A stretch of DNA of 64,000 bases from Candidatus Omnitrophota bacterium (GCA_041308845.1 JBFZAT010000059.1:3378-67377); one strand, 5' to 3'. Positions 36,588-47,813 are shown, counted from the stretch's first letter. The notes: generated from the sequence alone by a model not told the origin. Numbers and translations: made by a program.

Positions 36588-37367
36588 ATGATTGAGATTA
36601 AAAATTTAAATAAAAAATTTAACAATAACTTAGTGTTAAATGAACTAAGTTTAAATATTGAAACCGGACAAACCTGTGTGATTATCGGCCGCAGCGGTTG
36701 CGGAAAATCAGTTTTACTTAAACATATTGTCGGCCTGTTGAAACCGGATAGCGGTAAAGTCCTAGTCGAAGGCAAAGAGGTGGCCAGCCTGAGGGAATTA
36801 GAATTAGCAGCCTTGCGTGCAAAAATCAGCATGGTTTTTCAGGGCGGGGCGCTTTTTGATTCAATGGACGTTAGCGGAAATGTCGGCTTTAGTTTAAGTG
36901 AGCATACCCGTTTGGGCCCCAAAGAGATTGCAGCGCGGGTAGAGGAATCTTTATCTTTAGTTGGTTTGTCAGGGATCGGTAACCTTTTGCCTTCGGAATT
37001 AAGCGGTGGAATGAAGAAGCGCGTCGCTTTAGCCCGGGCGATCTGTATTAAGCCGGAGATTATCTTGTATGATGAACCGACTACCGGAGTGGATCCGATC
37101 ACTGCCGATAGCATCAATGAATTAATCCGGTCTTTACACGATAAATTAAAAGTTACCTCTTTAGTGGTCACCCACGATATGAAAAGCGCCTATCACATTG
37201 CCGATAAAATTGCCATGATGTATAAAGGGAAAATAATTTTGGAAGGCACGCCTAAGCAGATTCAGGAGACGCAGGATCCGGTTGTACATCAGTTTATTAA
37301 CGGGCTCTCTCGGGGGCCGATTACTGAAGATACAGGTACTTTTAAATTTAAACTAGCGGAGGCTTAA
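36588..37367 (+). CDS. mlaF: Phospholipid ABC transporter ATPase MlaF
   Basis: It has Walker A GRSGCGKS and the LSGGMKKRVALARA signature. Start is set at MIEIKNL, right after the mlaE stop. Confidence 0.75.
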   Translation: MIEIKNLNKKFNNNLVLNELSLNIETGQTCVIIGRSGCGKSVLLKHIVGLLKPDSGKVLVEGKEVASLRELELAALRAKISMVFQGGALFDSMDVSGNVGFSLSEHTRLGPKEIAARVEESLSLVGLSGIGNLLPSELSGGMKKRVALARAICIKPEIILYDEPTTGVDPITADSINELIRSLHDKLKVTSLVVTHDMKSAYHIADKIAMMYKGKIILEGTPKQIQETQDPVVHQFINGLSRGPITEDTGTFKFKLAEA

Positions 37368-37982
37368 ATGATTTTTGGTAAAACTAAATTAGAATTGAAA
37401 GTGGGAACTTTTGTTTTTATCGGGCTAATTATTCTGGTGGTTTTCGTATTATCAATCGGAGGTTTTAAAACCTGGAGTTCGGGGTACCGGTTTAATATTA
37501 TTTTTCAATTTATTAACGGAGTTAAGGTGGGAGCGCCTGTGCGTTTTGCCGGCGTGGATGTCGGTGAGGTTAAGAAGATCAACTTGCGTTTTATACCCGA
37601 GCAAAACCAGACGGAGGTCTGCCTGGAGGTTTGGGTCAGGGATTTTGTGCGCGTGCCTGGCGATTCGATGGTCTGGGTGAATACCTTGGGGTTATTGGGT
37701 GAAAAATATATCGAAATTATCCCCGGCCAAGATTACGTCAATCTATTGAAAACCGGGCAGACTTTAGCCGGTATTGATCCTGTGCCTACTCATGACTTAT
37801 TCAGCAAGGCGGAAAGCATTATGGGTAACCTGGACAGCGGGATCAGCAGAATCATTAATCAGGAAGGCTCTTTAGGTAAGCTGCTTTACGATGATACGAT
37901 TTATAATGAATTAGAAGCTTTGGTTGCGGATGTGCGTAAACATCCCTGGAAGCTTTTAATTAAAACTAAAGAAAAGAAATGA
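37368..37982 (+). CDS. mlaD: MCE-domain protein MlaD
   Basis: It has an N-terminal TM helix plus an MCE domain, and sits in the mlaEFD operon position. Confidence 0.65.
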   Translation: MIFGKTKLELKVGTFVFIGLIILVVFVLSIGGFKTWSSGYRFNIIFQFINGVKVGAPVRFAGVDVGEVKKINLRFIPEQNQTEVCLEVWVRDFVRVPGDSMVWVNTLGLLGEKYIEIIPGQDYVNLLKTGQTLAGIDPVPTHDLFSKAESIMGNLDSGISRIINQEGSLGKLLYDDTIYNELEALVADVRKHPWKLLIKTKEKK

Positions 37983-39364
37983 AGACGCGATCAGTCTTTA
38001 GTTGTTCGGTTTGCGGTAATCAGTCCCCTAAATGGTTAGGCCGTTGTCCGGATTGTAACAGCTGGAATTCTTTTAGTGAAGAGAATTACACCCCGCTTGC
38101 CTGCGCCGCCAAGGAAAAGGTTTCTTTGTATAAAGACGGGCCGGTTTTACTCAAAGATGTTGTTGTCCAAGACCAGGACCGGTTAAAAACTGAAATTACT
38201 GAGTTAGACCGGGTATTAGGAGGCGGGATTGTTAAGGGGTCGGTAATCTTAATCGGCGGGGATCCCGGGGTCGGTAAATCCACGATTTCCTTACAAGTCT
38301 CTAATCATCTGACTAAGCAGGGCATCGGGGTGCTTTATGTCAGCGGCGAAGAATCAGTAGCTCAGACTAAATTGCGCGCAAGGCGTTTAGGTGAATCCGG
38401 ATCTGATTGTCTTTATATTGTTAATCAGACTGATTTGTCTTTAATCCTTGAATATATAAAAAAACTAAAACCCCAGGTAGTGATTATTGATTCTATCCAG
38501 GTAATTTTTGATCCCGGAATTAGCTCTTCAGCCGGCAGTGTCAGTCAAGTCAGAGAATGTGCCGGGGCCTTGACCCAATTAGCTAAAACTACCGGCACCT
38601 CTATTTTTATTATCGGGCATGTAACTAAAGAAGGAACTTTGGCTGGTCCGCGGGTCTTAGAGCATATTGTCGATACGGTTCTGTATTTTGAAGGAGACCG
38701 TTTTGCTATCTATCGGATATTGCGGGCGGTAAAAAACCGGTTTGGTTCAACTAATGAAATCGGGGTTTTTGAAATGGCGGCTACGGGTTTAGCGGAGGTG
38801 AAAAATCCTTCCGAAATTTTTCTTTCGGAGCGGCCGAACAATGTTTCCGGCACGATCGTGACTTCTGTCTTGGAAGGAACGCGTCCGCTTTTAGTAGAAA
38901 TCCAATCCTTGGTTTCCCGGAGCAGTTTTGGTTATGCCCGCCGCCGGGCGCAGGGTTTTGATTTTAACCGGCTTTCTTTGCTGGTGGCAGTTTTAGAGAA
39001 ACGCCTGGGGTTAGCTTTGGAGGCCGAAGATATATTTATTAATGTGACCGGGGGGATAAAAATTGAAGATCCGGCGGCAGACCTAGCGGTATGCGCAGTT
39101 ATCGCTTCTAGTTTTCGCGATCAGCCGGTATTACCCAGATCAGTAATTTTAGGTGAGGTTGGTTTAAGCGGGGAAATCAGAAGTATTGCTCAGGTATTAA
39201 CCCGGATTAATGAGGCGGAAAAATTAGGGTTCAAGCAGTGCATTTTACCCAAAAATAGCATCAAGAACCTTAAACTTAAAACATCAGAGATGGAGATTAT
39301 TGCTGTTTCTACTTTAAAAGAAGCTTTAGATATTATACTGTGTAGTTCAAATAAGCAAGTTTAA
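37979..39364 (+). CDS. radA: DNA repair protein RadA/Sms
   Basis: It has an N-terminal zinc finger CSVCGNQSPKWLGRCPDC, a RecA-like GDPGVGKST motif and a Lon-like C-terminal domain. Confidence 0.9.
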   Translation: MKTRSVFSCSVCGNQSPKWLGRCPDCNSWNSFSEENYTPLACAAKEKVSLYKDGPVLLKDVVVQDQDRLKTEITELDRVLGGGIVKGSVILIGGDPGVGKSTISLQVSNHLTKQGIGVLYVSGEESVAQTKLRARRLGESGSDCLYIVNQTDLSLILEYIKKLKPQVVIIDSIQVIFDPGISSSAGSVSQVRECAGALTQLAKTTGTSIFIIGHVTKEGTLAGPRVLEHIVDTVLYFEGDRFAIYRILRAVKNRFGSTNEIGVFEMAATGLAEVKNPSEIFLSERPNNVSGTIVTSVLEGTRPLLVEIQSLVSRSSFGYARRRAQGFDFNRLSLLVAVLEKRLGLALEAEDIFINVTGGIKIEDPAADLAVCAVIASSFRDQPVLPRSVILGEVGLSGEIRSIAQVLTRINEAEKLGFKQCILPKNSIKNLKLKTSEMEIIAVSTLKEALDIILCSSNKQV

Positions 39365-39450
39365 ACTGCTGCTAAAGGATGTCGTTGGTAAAAAAGTTTC
39401 AACGGGCTTAATTTTAAACCCAACAATTAAATAGCAGGGGGGATAAGAGG

Positions 39451-40437
39451 ATGAATTTATTATTAGCGCGGATTTTATTTATTTTAGGCAGCATGCTGAT
39501 CGGTTATCAATCTGGATTGACTAAAGGTAGTGGCTTGGTCGGTATCTCTATCGGAGGACTGGCAGCGTTGATAATGATTCTGGTTGAAGTGGGCCTGCGC
39601 AAAGTTTCAGTCAGCGGGTTATCTAGCGCGGTATTCGGGTTGATCCTGGGGTTGATTATGGCTAAGCTGGTGGGGGATGCTTTCAGCCTGGCTCCTATGG
39701 AGGCGAGCGTACTTTCCCGGATCAGGGTGGGGTTGACTTTGGTTTTTTGTTATCTGGGGATGGTGATGGCTTTGCGCGGGAAAGATGAATTTAACATTAT
39801 TATTCCTTATGTGCGACTGCGCCGGCAGGACCAGAGCCAGGATGTGATTCTTTTAGATACTAGTGTGATTATCGATGGCCGGATTGTTGATATCTGCAAG
39901 ACGCGTTTTTTAGGCGGTAAAGTGATTATTCCGAAGTTTGTGCTTAGGGAATTGCAGCAGATTGCTGATTCTACCGATCCGATTAAACGTCAAAGAGGCC
40001 GGCGGGGTTTAGAGATCTTAAATACAATTCAGAATGAACCGGGGATGGATATTACCATCCACGAGCAGGATTTTGTGGAGACTTCGGAAGTGGATGCTAA
40101 ATTAGTTTTATTGGCTAAATTACTGGAAGCTAAGATTTTGACCGTAGATTTTAATTTAAACCGGGTAGCCAGTATCCAGGGAATCAAAGTTCTAAATATC
40201 AATGAATTAGCGAATGCCTTGAAACCGGTTGTTTTCCCCGGCGAAGAGATGCATATTAAATTGATTAAAGAGGGTAAAGAGCATAACCAGGCAGTGGGTT
40301 ATCTGGACGACGGCACAATGGTGGTAGTTGAAGATGCCCGGCGTTTAATCGGGCAGGATGTGAAAGTAGCGGTCACCAGTGTTCTGCAGACCCAAGCCGG
40401 CAGGATGATTTTTACCAAAGTTGAGAAGAATGCTTAG
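39451..40437 (+). CDS. PIN/TRAM-domain membrane protein (YacL-like)
   Basis: It has N-terminal TM helices, a PIN domain ([13 protein letters not shown]) and a C-terminal TRAM-like domain. Confidence 0.55.
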   Translation: MNLLLARILFILGSMLIGYQSGLTKGSGLVGISIGGLAALIMILVEVGLRKVSVSGLSSAVFGLILGLIMAKLVGDAFSLAPMEASVLSRIRVGLTLVFCYLGMVMALRGKDEFNIIIPYVRLRRQDQSQDVILLDTSVIIDGRIVDICKTRFLGGKVIIPKFVLRELQQIADSTDPIKRQRGRRGLEILNTIQNEPGMDITIHEQDFVETSEVDAKLVLLAKLLEAKILTVDFNLNRVASIQGIKVLNINELANALKPVVFPGEEMHIKLIKEGKEHNQAVGYLDDGTMVVVEDARRLIGQDVKVAVTSVLQTQAGRMIFTKVEKNA

Positions 40438-41119
40438 TGTAATTATTGTTGCAGCCGGAGAGGGGCTACGTTTAAAGGCAGCAGTGCCTAAACCTTTAGT
40501 CAAAATTGGTAAAACTCCGGCAATTATTTATTCTTTGCAGGCTTTCCAGAAACATCCGGAGGTCAGCGAGATTATCCTGGTGCTTAATGCAAAAAACCAG
40601 CCGGCAATTAAACGGTTAATCCGTAACTATCATTTTAAAAAGATTAAAAATATAGTTTTAGGCGGGCGTCTGCGCCAGGATTCGGTTTATAACGGCTTAA
40701 AAGCGGTCAGCCCGGAGAGTGCTTGGGTATTGATTCATGATTCTGCCCGGCCGTTTATTGATCAACAGATAATTACCCGGGTTATCCGGGGGGCCAGGCA
40801 AACCGGTGCGGCGATTGCGGCTGTTACACCTAAGGCTACGCTGAAATCTTCCCGGGGTAATAGCCGGTGGGTAGAGAAAACCTTAGATCGCCGTAAGCTT
40901 TGGGAAATACAAACCCCCCAGGTGTTTAGGAAAGATTTGATCTTGCGGGCTTACGCTAAATATTCTGCTGCTTTGGTGACCGATGATGCGGCTTTGGTGG
41001 AAAAGTTAGCTCAGCCGGTAAAACTTATTCCGGGCAGCTATAGTAACATTAAGATTACTACCGGCGAAGATCTGCTGTTGGCCGGATTGATTGCTAAAAG
41101 GTTTAACTATGCAATATAA
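40421..41119 (+). CDS. ispD: 2-C-methyl-D-erythritol 4-phosphate cytidylyltransferase
   Basis: [11 protein letters not shown] and the overall IspD fold are present, with ispF adjacent. Confidence 0.8.
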   Translation: MRRMLSVIIVAAGEGLRLKAAVPKPLVKIGKTPAIIYSLQAFQKHPEVSEIILVLNAKNQPAIKRLIRNYHFKKIKNIVLGGRLRQDSVYNGLKAVSPESAWVLIHDSARPFIDQQIITRVIRGARQTGAAIAAVTPKATLKSSRGNSRWVEKTLDRRKLWEIQTPQVFRKDLILRAYAKYSAALVTDDAALVEKLAQPVKLIPGSYSNIKITTGEDLLLAGLIAKRFNYAI

Positions 41120-41591
41120 AGTTGGCATCGGTTATGATATCCACCGTTTGGTCCGGGGGAGAAAACTTTTCCTGGGGGCAGTAGAAATTCCTTATGCTAA
41201 AGGGCTGCTCGGACATTCCGACGGGGATGTATTGTTGCATGCGTTGATTGACGCTTTGCTGGGGGCCTTGGGAGCGGGTGATATCGGAGAGCATTTTCCG
41301 GATAGCGACCCGCAATATCAGGGGATGGCCAGCAGCCTATTAGTGAGCAAGGTCAGGCAACTTATAGATAGAAGCGGCTACCGTATCAATAATCTGGATG
41401 CCATTATCATCGCCCAGCAACCTAAGCTTACGCCTTTTAAACAGCAGATCAAAGAAAAAATCTGCGCGTTGTTGAATCTCCGCCCGGAAATTTTAAATAT
41501 TAAGGCTAAAACTAATGAAGGGTTAGGCCCTTTGGGGCGAGGGCAAGGGATCAGTTCCTGGGTGAGCGTTTCTTTAATTAAGGGAGACTAG
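41091..41591 (+). CDS. ispF: 2-C-methyl-D-erythritol 2,4-cyclodiphosphate synthase
   Basis: It carries GIGYDIHRL and [19 protein letters not shown]. Confidence 0.85.
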   Translation: MLKGLTMQYKVGIGYDIHRLVRGRKLFLGAVEIPYAKGLLGHSDGDVLLHALIDALLGALGAGDIGEHFPDSDPQYQGMASSLLVSKVRQLIDRSGYRINNLDAIIIAQQPKLTPFKQQIKEKICALLNLRPEILNIKAKTNEGLGPLGRGQGISSWVSVSLIKGD

Positions 41592-41592
41592 T

Positions 41593-42273
41593 ATGGAGTA
41601 CTTGATCAGTATTTTAATTATTCTATTAGTAATCTTTATTATTAAATTGGCGTTGATTTCGATATTTTTCTATGCCGATATCCGGGCGGCGCAGAAAAGA
41701 GACCCGGCGGCTAAAAGTTTCTTTGAAATAATTTTACTATATCCCGGGCTGCACGCTTTGGTTTATTATCGGCTGGCGCACGCTTTGTATAACATAAAGT
41801 TATTTTTCTCGGCCCGTTTATTATCGCAGGCCGGCAGATTCTTTACCGGAATCGAGATCCACCCGGGGGCTAAAATCGGTAAGCGTTTCTTCATTGATCA
41901 TGGCCTGGGGGTGGTAATCGGAGAAACTTCAGTTGTGGGGGATGATGTTTTACTTTACCAGGGCGTGACTTTAGGAGGAACCGGGGTGGTCAAAGGCAAA
42001 CGGCATCCGACCATCGGTAATAATGTAGTCATCGGAGCCGGGGCTAAAGTGTTAGGCAATATTGTTATCGGGGATAACTCTTATATTGGAGCTAATGCGG
42101 TGGTGATTAAAGATGTGCCGCCTAATTCTACGGTCGTCGGGGTCCCCGGCCGGATTACCAAGCAAGACGGTAAAAAGATGGATGTTAATCTGGATCATGC
42201 GCGCATGCTGGATCCGATTATGCAGACAATCGAAGAACTGCAGGATAGAGTTAAGGATTTAGAGCAGAAATAA
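41593..42273 (+). CDS. cysE: Serine O-acetyltransferase
   Basis: It has hexapeptide repeats and the CysE core [26 protein letters not shown]. Confidence 0.75.
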   Translation: MEYLISILIILLVIFIIKLALISIFFYADIRAAQKRDPAAKSFFEIILLYPGLHALVYYRLAHALYNIKLFFSARLLSQAGRFFTGIEIHPGAKIGKRFFIDHGLGVVIGETSVVGDDVLLYQGVTLGGTGVVKGKRHPTIGNNVVIGAGAKVLGNIVIGDNSYIGANAVVIKDVPPNSTVVGVPGRITKQDGKKMDVNLDHARMLDPIMQTIEELQDRVKDLEQK

Positions 42274-42399
42274 TTTTTTGGTAGATACTGTTTTAGCTGT
42301 ATTTTTTTAAGGGCAGCGGTAGCGGGTCCTGCCAGAAGCTCGCCTGATCATCCGCTAAACAAAATATTAATTTTATACTAAAAATTTCCGGCCTTTAAT

Positions 42400-43878
42400 A
42401 TGGAAAATAAAATTTTTATATATAATTCTCTTACCAGGAAAAAAGAAGAGTTTATCCCTTTAAAAGCTAAAGCGGTTAAAATTTATGTTTGCGGCCCGAC
42501 CGTTTATGACCAGGCGCATATTGGCCATGCCCGCAGCGCTTACGTATTTGATTTAGTCAGGAGGTATCTAACTTACCGGGGCTATCAGGTTAAGTTTGTC
42601 CGGAACGTTACGGATGTCGATGATAAAATCATTAATAAGGCTCAGGAAGAATTTAAGGGGCAGGATTTAAATATGGCGGTTAAAGCCATCTCAGCCAAAT
42701 ACCTTGAGCTTTACCATCAAGATATGCAGAGTTTAGGGATTCCGGATCCGGATGTTGAACCAAAAGCTACCGAGTATGTCGGTCCAGATAACCCTCGGAT
42801 GCAGGAGTTTATTCAGCAACTGATTGATCAGGGGAAGGCCTATGTTTCTGAAGGGGATGTGTATTTCGATATTAAAAAAGCAAAAAATTACGGGAAATTA
42901 TCCAATCAGGCCTTAGATAAAATGGAGGCCGGCGCCAGAATTGCCCTGGGTGAGAAAAAGAAGGATCCCCTGGATTTTGCATTATGGAAATCAGCTAAGG
43001 CCGGTGAGCCTAGCTGGGATAGCCCGTGGGGACGCGGCCGGCCGGGTTGGCATATTGAGTGTTCAGTGATGAGTTCGGATATCTTAGGAGACCAGTTCGA
43101 TATCCATGGCGGCGGCCTGGATCTTATTTTTCCCCATCATGAAAATGAAATCGCCCAATCTGAAGGTGCGGGTAAAAAATTCGCCCGTTACTGGATGCAT
43201 CATGGTTTATTGACGATCAACGGCCAGAAAATGTCCAAGTCCCTGGGGAATTTCGTGACCGTAAAGGACTTTCTGGCTAAATATAAGGATGCTGATCTAC
43301 TTAAATTATTATTTTTGTCTACTCATTATTTACATCCTGTTGATTATACTAACGAGAAGATCGAAGAAGCTAAGAAACAACTAAGTAATTTTACGATTTT
43401 CTTTTTAATGGTAGATGCTTGGAGAAAATTTTGGGATCGTTGGTTTAGTGATCCTGAATTACTAAACTTGAAAAGAATGAGAAAAGTTGATTTTTCCGAG
43501 AAAGAAAAAGATAAGATTGATAAGCTTTGTATTCAATTTGAAGAAGCGATGGGTAATGATTTTAATACTCCTCAAGCTTTAAGCTTTCTATTTGAGCTTG
43601 CGAATTATGGCGCCACCCTTGTTTCTATGGATAAGGAAGAAGGTTTTACCTATATTGAATCAAGATTAATGATACTTCTTAAATTGTTAGGTCTTGGAAT
43701 TACCCGCATTCCTATAACTCAGGCCTTATTGGATGAATTGGTTGCGTTTGCAAAATCGAAAGTTAAGAAAGATTTTGTAGAATCAGATAAGAAGCGTGAG
43801 GAAATCAGTAGTATATATAATTTAGTTGTGTGCACTACTGCTTCTAGTGTAAGTCTTAGTGCTGCTAAAAGAAAATAG
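42400..43878 (+). CDS. cysS: Cysteinyl-tRNA synthetase
   Basis: It has HIGH (HIGHARSA), the zinc ligand CGPTVYD, and KMSKS. Confidence 0.9.
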   Translation: MENKIFIYNSLTRKKEEFIPLKAKAVKIYVCGPTVYDQAHIGHARSAYVFDLVRRYLTYRGYQVKFVRNVTDVDDKIINKAQEEFKGQDLNMAVKAISAKYLELYHQDMQSLGIPDPDVEPKATEYVGPDNPRMQEFIQQLIDQGKAYVSEGDVYFDIKKAKNYGKLSNQALDKMEAGARIALGEKKKDPLDFALWKSAKAGEPSWDSPWGRGRPGWHIECSVMSSDILGDQFDIHGGGLDLIFPHHENEIAQSEGAGKKFARYWMHHGLLTINGQKMSKSLGNFVTVKDFLAKYKDADLLKLLFLSTHYLHPVDYTNEKIEEAKKQLSNFTIFFLMVDAWRKFWDRWFSDPELLNLKRMRKVDFSEKEKDKIDKLCIQFEEAMGNDFNTPQALSFLFELANYGATLVSMDKEEGFTYIESRLMILLKLLGLGITRIPITQALLDELVAFAKSKVKKDFVESDKKREEISSIYNLVVCTTASSVSLSAAKRK

Positions 43879-43880
43879 CG

Positions 43881-43949
43881 GGTGGCTTGGGGGTGGTTTC
43901 GCAGCGCGTAATAGCGCAAGAAACTACCCCCAAGACAGGACCCGCTATT
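43881..43949 (+). other. Long imperfect hairpin (~69 nt) between cysS and tmk; possibly a terminator or regulatory RNA structure
   Basis: tagcgggtGGCTTGGGGGTGGTTTC...GAAACTACCCCCAAGacaggacccgcta; the outer arms acccgcta/tagcgggt pair, and an inner GCGC...GCGC mini-hairpin sits in the loop. Confidence 0.4.
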
Positions 43950-43963
43950 GAGTAAAGGAAAAG

Positions 43964-44572
43964 TTGATGAAAGGTAAATTCATTACATTCGAAGGATCCG
44001 AGGGCTGCGGTAAAAGTACGCATTCCAGTTTGCTCTTCAGGTATTTGAAGTCGAAAGGAGCCAGGGTTATCTATTTACGTGAACCAGGCGGAGTCAGGCT
44101 CAGCGAAATGATCAGGTCAATACTTCTGGATCCGGTTAATAGCATTTGCGCTCAAGCTGAAACCCTGCTTTATATGGCTGCCCGGGCCCAAGTAGTCGAG
44201 CAGATAATTAAGCCGGCGTTGGAGGCAGGCAAAACAGTAATTTGCGATAGATTTCTTGACTCTACTCTTGCTTATCAGGGATTTGGTTTAGGGGTGGATA
44301 TAAAATTAATTCAATCTCTGGGTAATTTTGCTACGCAAGGTATTAAACCGGATCTAACTATTTTTCTGGATTTGCCGGTAAAAAGCGGGCTCAAGCACCG
44401 TCGAGATTGCTGCGACCGGATTGAACAGCGTTCAATAAATTATCATCAAAAAGTCAGGCAGGGGTATCTGAAGTTAGCCCGCCAGGAGCCGCAAAGAATT
44501 AAGATCGTTAAAGTGTTAAAAGATAGGTTAGAGACGCAAAAGAAAATTAGGGAGATAGTTGATGCGTTTTAG
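43964..44572 (+). CDS. tmk: Thymidylate kinase
   Basis: It has the P-loop FEGSEGCGKST and the LID region. Confidence 0.85.
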   Translation: MMKGKFITFEGSEGCGKSTHSSLLFRYLKSKGARVIYLREPGGVRLSEMIRSILLDPVNSICAQAETLLYMAARAQVVEQIIKPALEAGKTVICDRFLDSTLAYQGFGLGVDIKLIQSLGNFATQGIKPDLTIFLDLPVKSGLKHRRDCCDRIEQRSINYHQKVRQGYLKLARQEPQRIKIVKVLKDRLETQKKIREIVDAF

Positions 44573-45521
44573 CGATTTGTTAGGCCAACAACAGGCACTC
44601 AGTGTTCTGCAGGCTCATCTGGAAGGAAATCGTTTTTCCGGGACTTATCTTTTCAGCGGCGCGGAGGGAATCGGCAAGTTCCTTACGGCGATGATTATTG
44701 CTCAGCAGGTTAACTGTCTGGTGCAGTCGCTTCGGCCCTGCGGTAGCTGCAGTGCGTGTTTAAAGATTCAACGCCAGGAACATCCGGATCTGCATATCAT
44801 TCAAAAAGGGCAATCACAGATCAAGATTGAAGAGATTCGCGATATTTTAAGACAGGCCAGCTTTAGGCCTTACGAAGGCGCTTTTAAAGTTTTTATTATT
44901 GATCAGGCGCATAAACTTAATCCGGAGGCAGCCAATGCTTTGCTTAAAATTTTAGAAGAACCTCCGGCGGATGCTTTATTTATCCTAATTACCGATAAAC
45001 CGCAAAATATTATTAAAACTGTGCTCAGCCGCTGTAAGGTGATTAAATTTTCTCCTCTGCCCCGTGCCCAGCTAGAGTCGATTTTAATTAAAAATTACGC
45101 TTTGGATAAAACCACTGCGCATTTTTTGGCTTTTTATGCGGAGGGCCGGTTAGGTTTAGCTTTAAGATTGAAAGACACCCCTTTAATACAGGAAAAAAAC
45201 AGGATACTGGATACTTTTATTTTTTCGGCTAAACCCTGGGACCGCAATATTATGGGCCAGAGTAAAGAGCAGCTGCAAATTTGTTTAAATATCCTGGCCT
45301 CCTGGTTTAGGGATGTATATTTATTAAAGGCCGGCTTAAGCGATCAGGAAACTATTCATTCAGACCGGCAGAGCGATTTACTGAAAATAATCCCACGTTT
45401 TTCTTTTAAGCAGCTGGATGATATTCTGTCCAGTCTTTCGGAGAGCTCGCTCTATCTAGAGAAAAATATTAATAGTAAACTACTTTTGCATAATTTAGGA
45501 GCGCAACTATGGAAGGTTTAA
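44559..45521 (+). CDS. holB: DNA polymerase III delta' subunit
   Basis: It has a clamp-loader AAA+ fold with a CGSCSAC zinc module, in the conserved tmk-holB context. Confidence 0.75.
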   Translation: MMRFSDLLGQQQALSVLQAHLEGNRFSGTYLFSGAEGIGKFLTAMIIAQQVNCLVQSLRPCGSCSACLKIQRQEHPDLHIIQKGQSQIKIEEIRDILRQASFRPYEGAFKVFIIDQAHKLNPEAANALLKILEEPPADALFILITDKPQNIIKTVLSRCKVIKFSPLPRAQLESILIKNYALDKTTAHFLAFYAEGRLGLALRLKDTPLIQEKNRILDTFIFSAKPWDRNIMGQSKEQLQICLNILASWFRDVYLLKAGLSDQETIHSDRQSDLLKIIPRFSFKQLDDILSSLSESSLYLEKNINSKLLLHNLGAQLWKV

Positions 45522-46315
45522 TTTTAGTTCAATTAAATAATTCTGGTATTGTGCAGTTTTATCAGGCCGGTAATTTAATTTTGAAAGTCGGCGATTATGT
45601 TATTGTTGAGCATGACCGGGGATTAGATTGCGGTTGCGTGATCCCTTCTTGCCAGGCGCATTGCGCCCCGGAAGATGCCCCTAAAGAACCGCCGAAAAAA
45701 ATAATCCGCCTGGCTAAAGATAGTGATTTAAAGCAAGTGCAAGATAATGCGCTTAAAGCTAAGGAAGCCTTTGGGGCCTGTGAAAAGAAAATTTTTGAGC
45801 ATAAACTAGATATGAAGCTGGTGAAAGCGGAATATTCTTTTGATCGCTCAAAAATCCTGTTTTATTTTACTTCCGACGGTCGGGTAGATTTCCGCAATTT
45901 AGTGAAAGACTTGGCTAAAGTCTTTAAGGCGCGTATTGAATTAAGGCAGATTGGGGTCAGGGATGAGGCCAGGTTGTTCGGCGGCTATGGCTCCTGCGGC
46001 CGAGAACTTTGCTGTAAAAAATTCTTAAAAGATTTCGAGCCGGTCACTATTAAAATGGCTAAAGAGGAAGGGCTACCGCTAAATCCGCCTAAAATTTCCG
46101 GATTATGCGGAAGGTTGATGTGTTGTTTATCTTACGAATATGAAACTTATAAAATACTTTCTAAAGGCCTGCCGCGCGAAGGGGAGCATTTGAATACTCC
46201 GGAAGGCAAAGGTAAGGTCATTAATGTCAATGTCTTCAAGCGTTTAGTCAGCGTGCAGCTGGATGAGGGCGGTTATGTGGAGGTTAGTTACAAGGAAAGG
46301 GATTATGACAAATAA
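45509..46315 (+). CDS. PSP1 C-terminal domain protein (YaaT/RicT-like)
   Basis: It has a PSP1 domain, and a tmk-holB-PSP1-metG neighbourhood is typical. Confidence 0.6.
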   Translation: MEGLILVQLNNSGIVQFYQAGNLILKVGDYVIVEHDRGLDCGCVIPSCQAHCAPEDAPKEPPKKIIRLAKDSDLKQVQDNALKAKEAFGACEKKIFEHKLDMKLVKAEYSFDRSKILFYFTSDGRVDFRNLVKDLAKVFKARIELRQIGVRDEARLFGGYGSCGRELCCKKFLKDFEPVTIKMAKEEGLPLNPPKISGLCGRLMCCLSYEYETYKILSKGLPREGEHLNTPEGKGKVINVNVFKRLVSVQLDEGGYVEVSYKERDYDK

Positions 46316-47807
46316 ATTTTATATTACCACGCCCATTTATTATGTTAATGCCTCTCCGCATATCGGGCATTCTTATACTACAATCGCTGCCGATTGTTTA
46401 GCCAGATTTAAGCGCCGGACTCTAGGCCCAGAGCAGGTGCGTTTTCTTACCGGTAGCGATGAACACGGCCAGAAAATCCAGAAAGCTGCGGATGCAGTTA
46501 AGCTTTCTGCCCAGAGTTTTGTCGACCAAACCAGTGAGCAGTTTAAAGCTCTCTGGAAATCTCTAGATGTGTCCTATGATGATTTTATCCGGACTACCCA
46601 ACAGCGCCATGTGCAAGTGGTGCAGAAGAGCCTAGAGATTCTTTTTAAAAAAGGCGATATTTATAAAGGACAATATGAGGGGTTGTATTGTACGCCTTGT
46701 GAAACATTCTGGCTTGAGTCTCAGGCCAGCGCAGGATTATGCCCGGATTGCCAAAGGCCGGTTGAGCGGATCCTAGAAACTAACTATTTTTTTAAATTAT
46801 CTAAATATCAGGCCTGGCTTTTGGGTTTCTTAAAGCAACGGCCGGATTTTATTAAACCGGCCAGTCGTTATGAAGAAACTTTAAGGTTCTTGGAATTAAA
46901 CCAATTGAATGACCTGTGTATTTCACGCCCAAAGGAAAGATTGAATTGGGGGATTGCTTTACCTTTTGCCCCCGAACATGTAACCTATGTTTGGTTTGAT
47001 GCTTTAATTAATTATATTAGCGCGGTAGGTGAGTTTGATAGTCAGGATCATTATGTTTCCTCGTGGTGGCCGGCGGAATTACATCTGATGGCTAAAGATA
47101 TTTTAAGGCAGCATACGGTCTATTGGCCGATTATGTTGCATGCTTTAGATATCCGGCTGCCTCAGGCGGTTTTTGCGCATGGTTGGTGGATGTTTAACCA
47201 GGATAAAATGTCTAAATCCCGCGGCAATGTGGTGAACCCGCTGGAGATGGTGGAAAAATATGGTTTGGATGCGTACCGCTATTTTCTTTTGCGGGATGTC
47301 CCCTTTGGTTTAGACGGTAATTTTTCAGAAGAAGGGATTATTAAGCGTTACAATAGTGACCTGGCTAATGATTTAGGGAATTTAGTTTATCGCACCTTGA
47401 CCATGGTTGAGAAGTATTTTGCGGGGGATATTCCGGTTATTGAGCTGGGTCAGCTTAAAAATAACCAAAAAGTTACGGATATCTTAGCCAAGCTAGCAGG
47501 CCTGGAGCTGCGGGTTTCTGCGGCTTTAGAGGAGCAAAGTTTCAGCCTGGCGCTGGAAGCCATCTGGGAATTAATCGGCATGGCCAATAAGCATGTCGAA
47601 GAAACCAAGCCCTGGAATCTGGCTAAAGAAAACAAGCAACAAGAGCTAAAAGAATTTATCCGGTTATTAGTGGATGTAATCCGGGCTGTTAGTGGGCAGC
47701 TGGAAATTTTTATTCCTCAGACTGCCCGGTTGATCCAGGAACAGTTTGCCGGCGCTAAGGTCAAAAAAGGCGATCCGTTATTCCCGCGCATCGAAATTAA
47801 AAAATAG
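46305..47807 (+). CDS. metG: Methionyl-tRNA synthetase
   Basis: It has HIGH (PHIGHSYT), a zinc knuckle CTPCE...CPDC, and KMSKS. Start is set at MTNKFYIT; the listed ORF start is further upstream. Confidence 0.9.
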   Translation: MTNKFYITTPIYYVNASPHIGHSYTTIAADCLARFKRRTLGPEQVRFLTGSDEHGQKIQKAADAVKLSAQSFVDQTSEQFKALWKSLDVSYDDFIRTTQQRHVQVVQKSLEILFKKGDIYKGQYEGLYCTPCETFWLESQASAGLCPDCQRPVERILETNYFFKLSKYQAWLLGFLKQRPDFIKPASRYEETLRFLELNQLNDLCISRPKERLNWGIALPFAPEHVTYVWFDALINYISAVGEFDSQDHYVSSWWPAELHLMAKDILRQHTVYWPIMLHALDIRLPQAVFAHGWWMFNQDKMSKSRGNVVNPLEMVEKYGLDAYRYFLLRDVPFGLDGNFSEEGIIKRYNSDLANDLGNLVYRTLTMVEKYFAGDIPVIELGQLKNNQKVTDILAKLAGLELRVSAALEEQSFSLALEAIWELIGMANKHVEETKPWNLAKENKQQELKEFIRLLVDVIRAVSGQLEIFIPQTARLIQEQFAGAKVKKGDPLFPRIEIKK

Positions 47808-47813
47808 CCAATC

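Noticed and set aside
42274-42399. A T-box or other riboswitch leader upstream of cysS
   Set aside because: The spacer is only ~125 nt, too short for a T-box, and I see no specifier-loop, T-box or antiterminator sequence. Only a small GGCAG...CTGCC hairpin is present.
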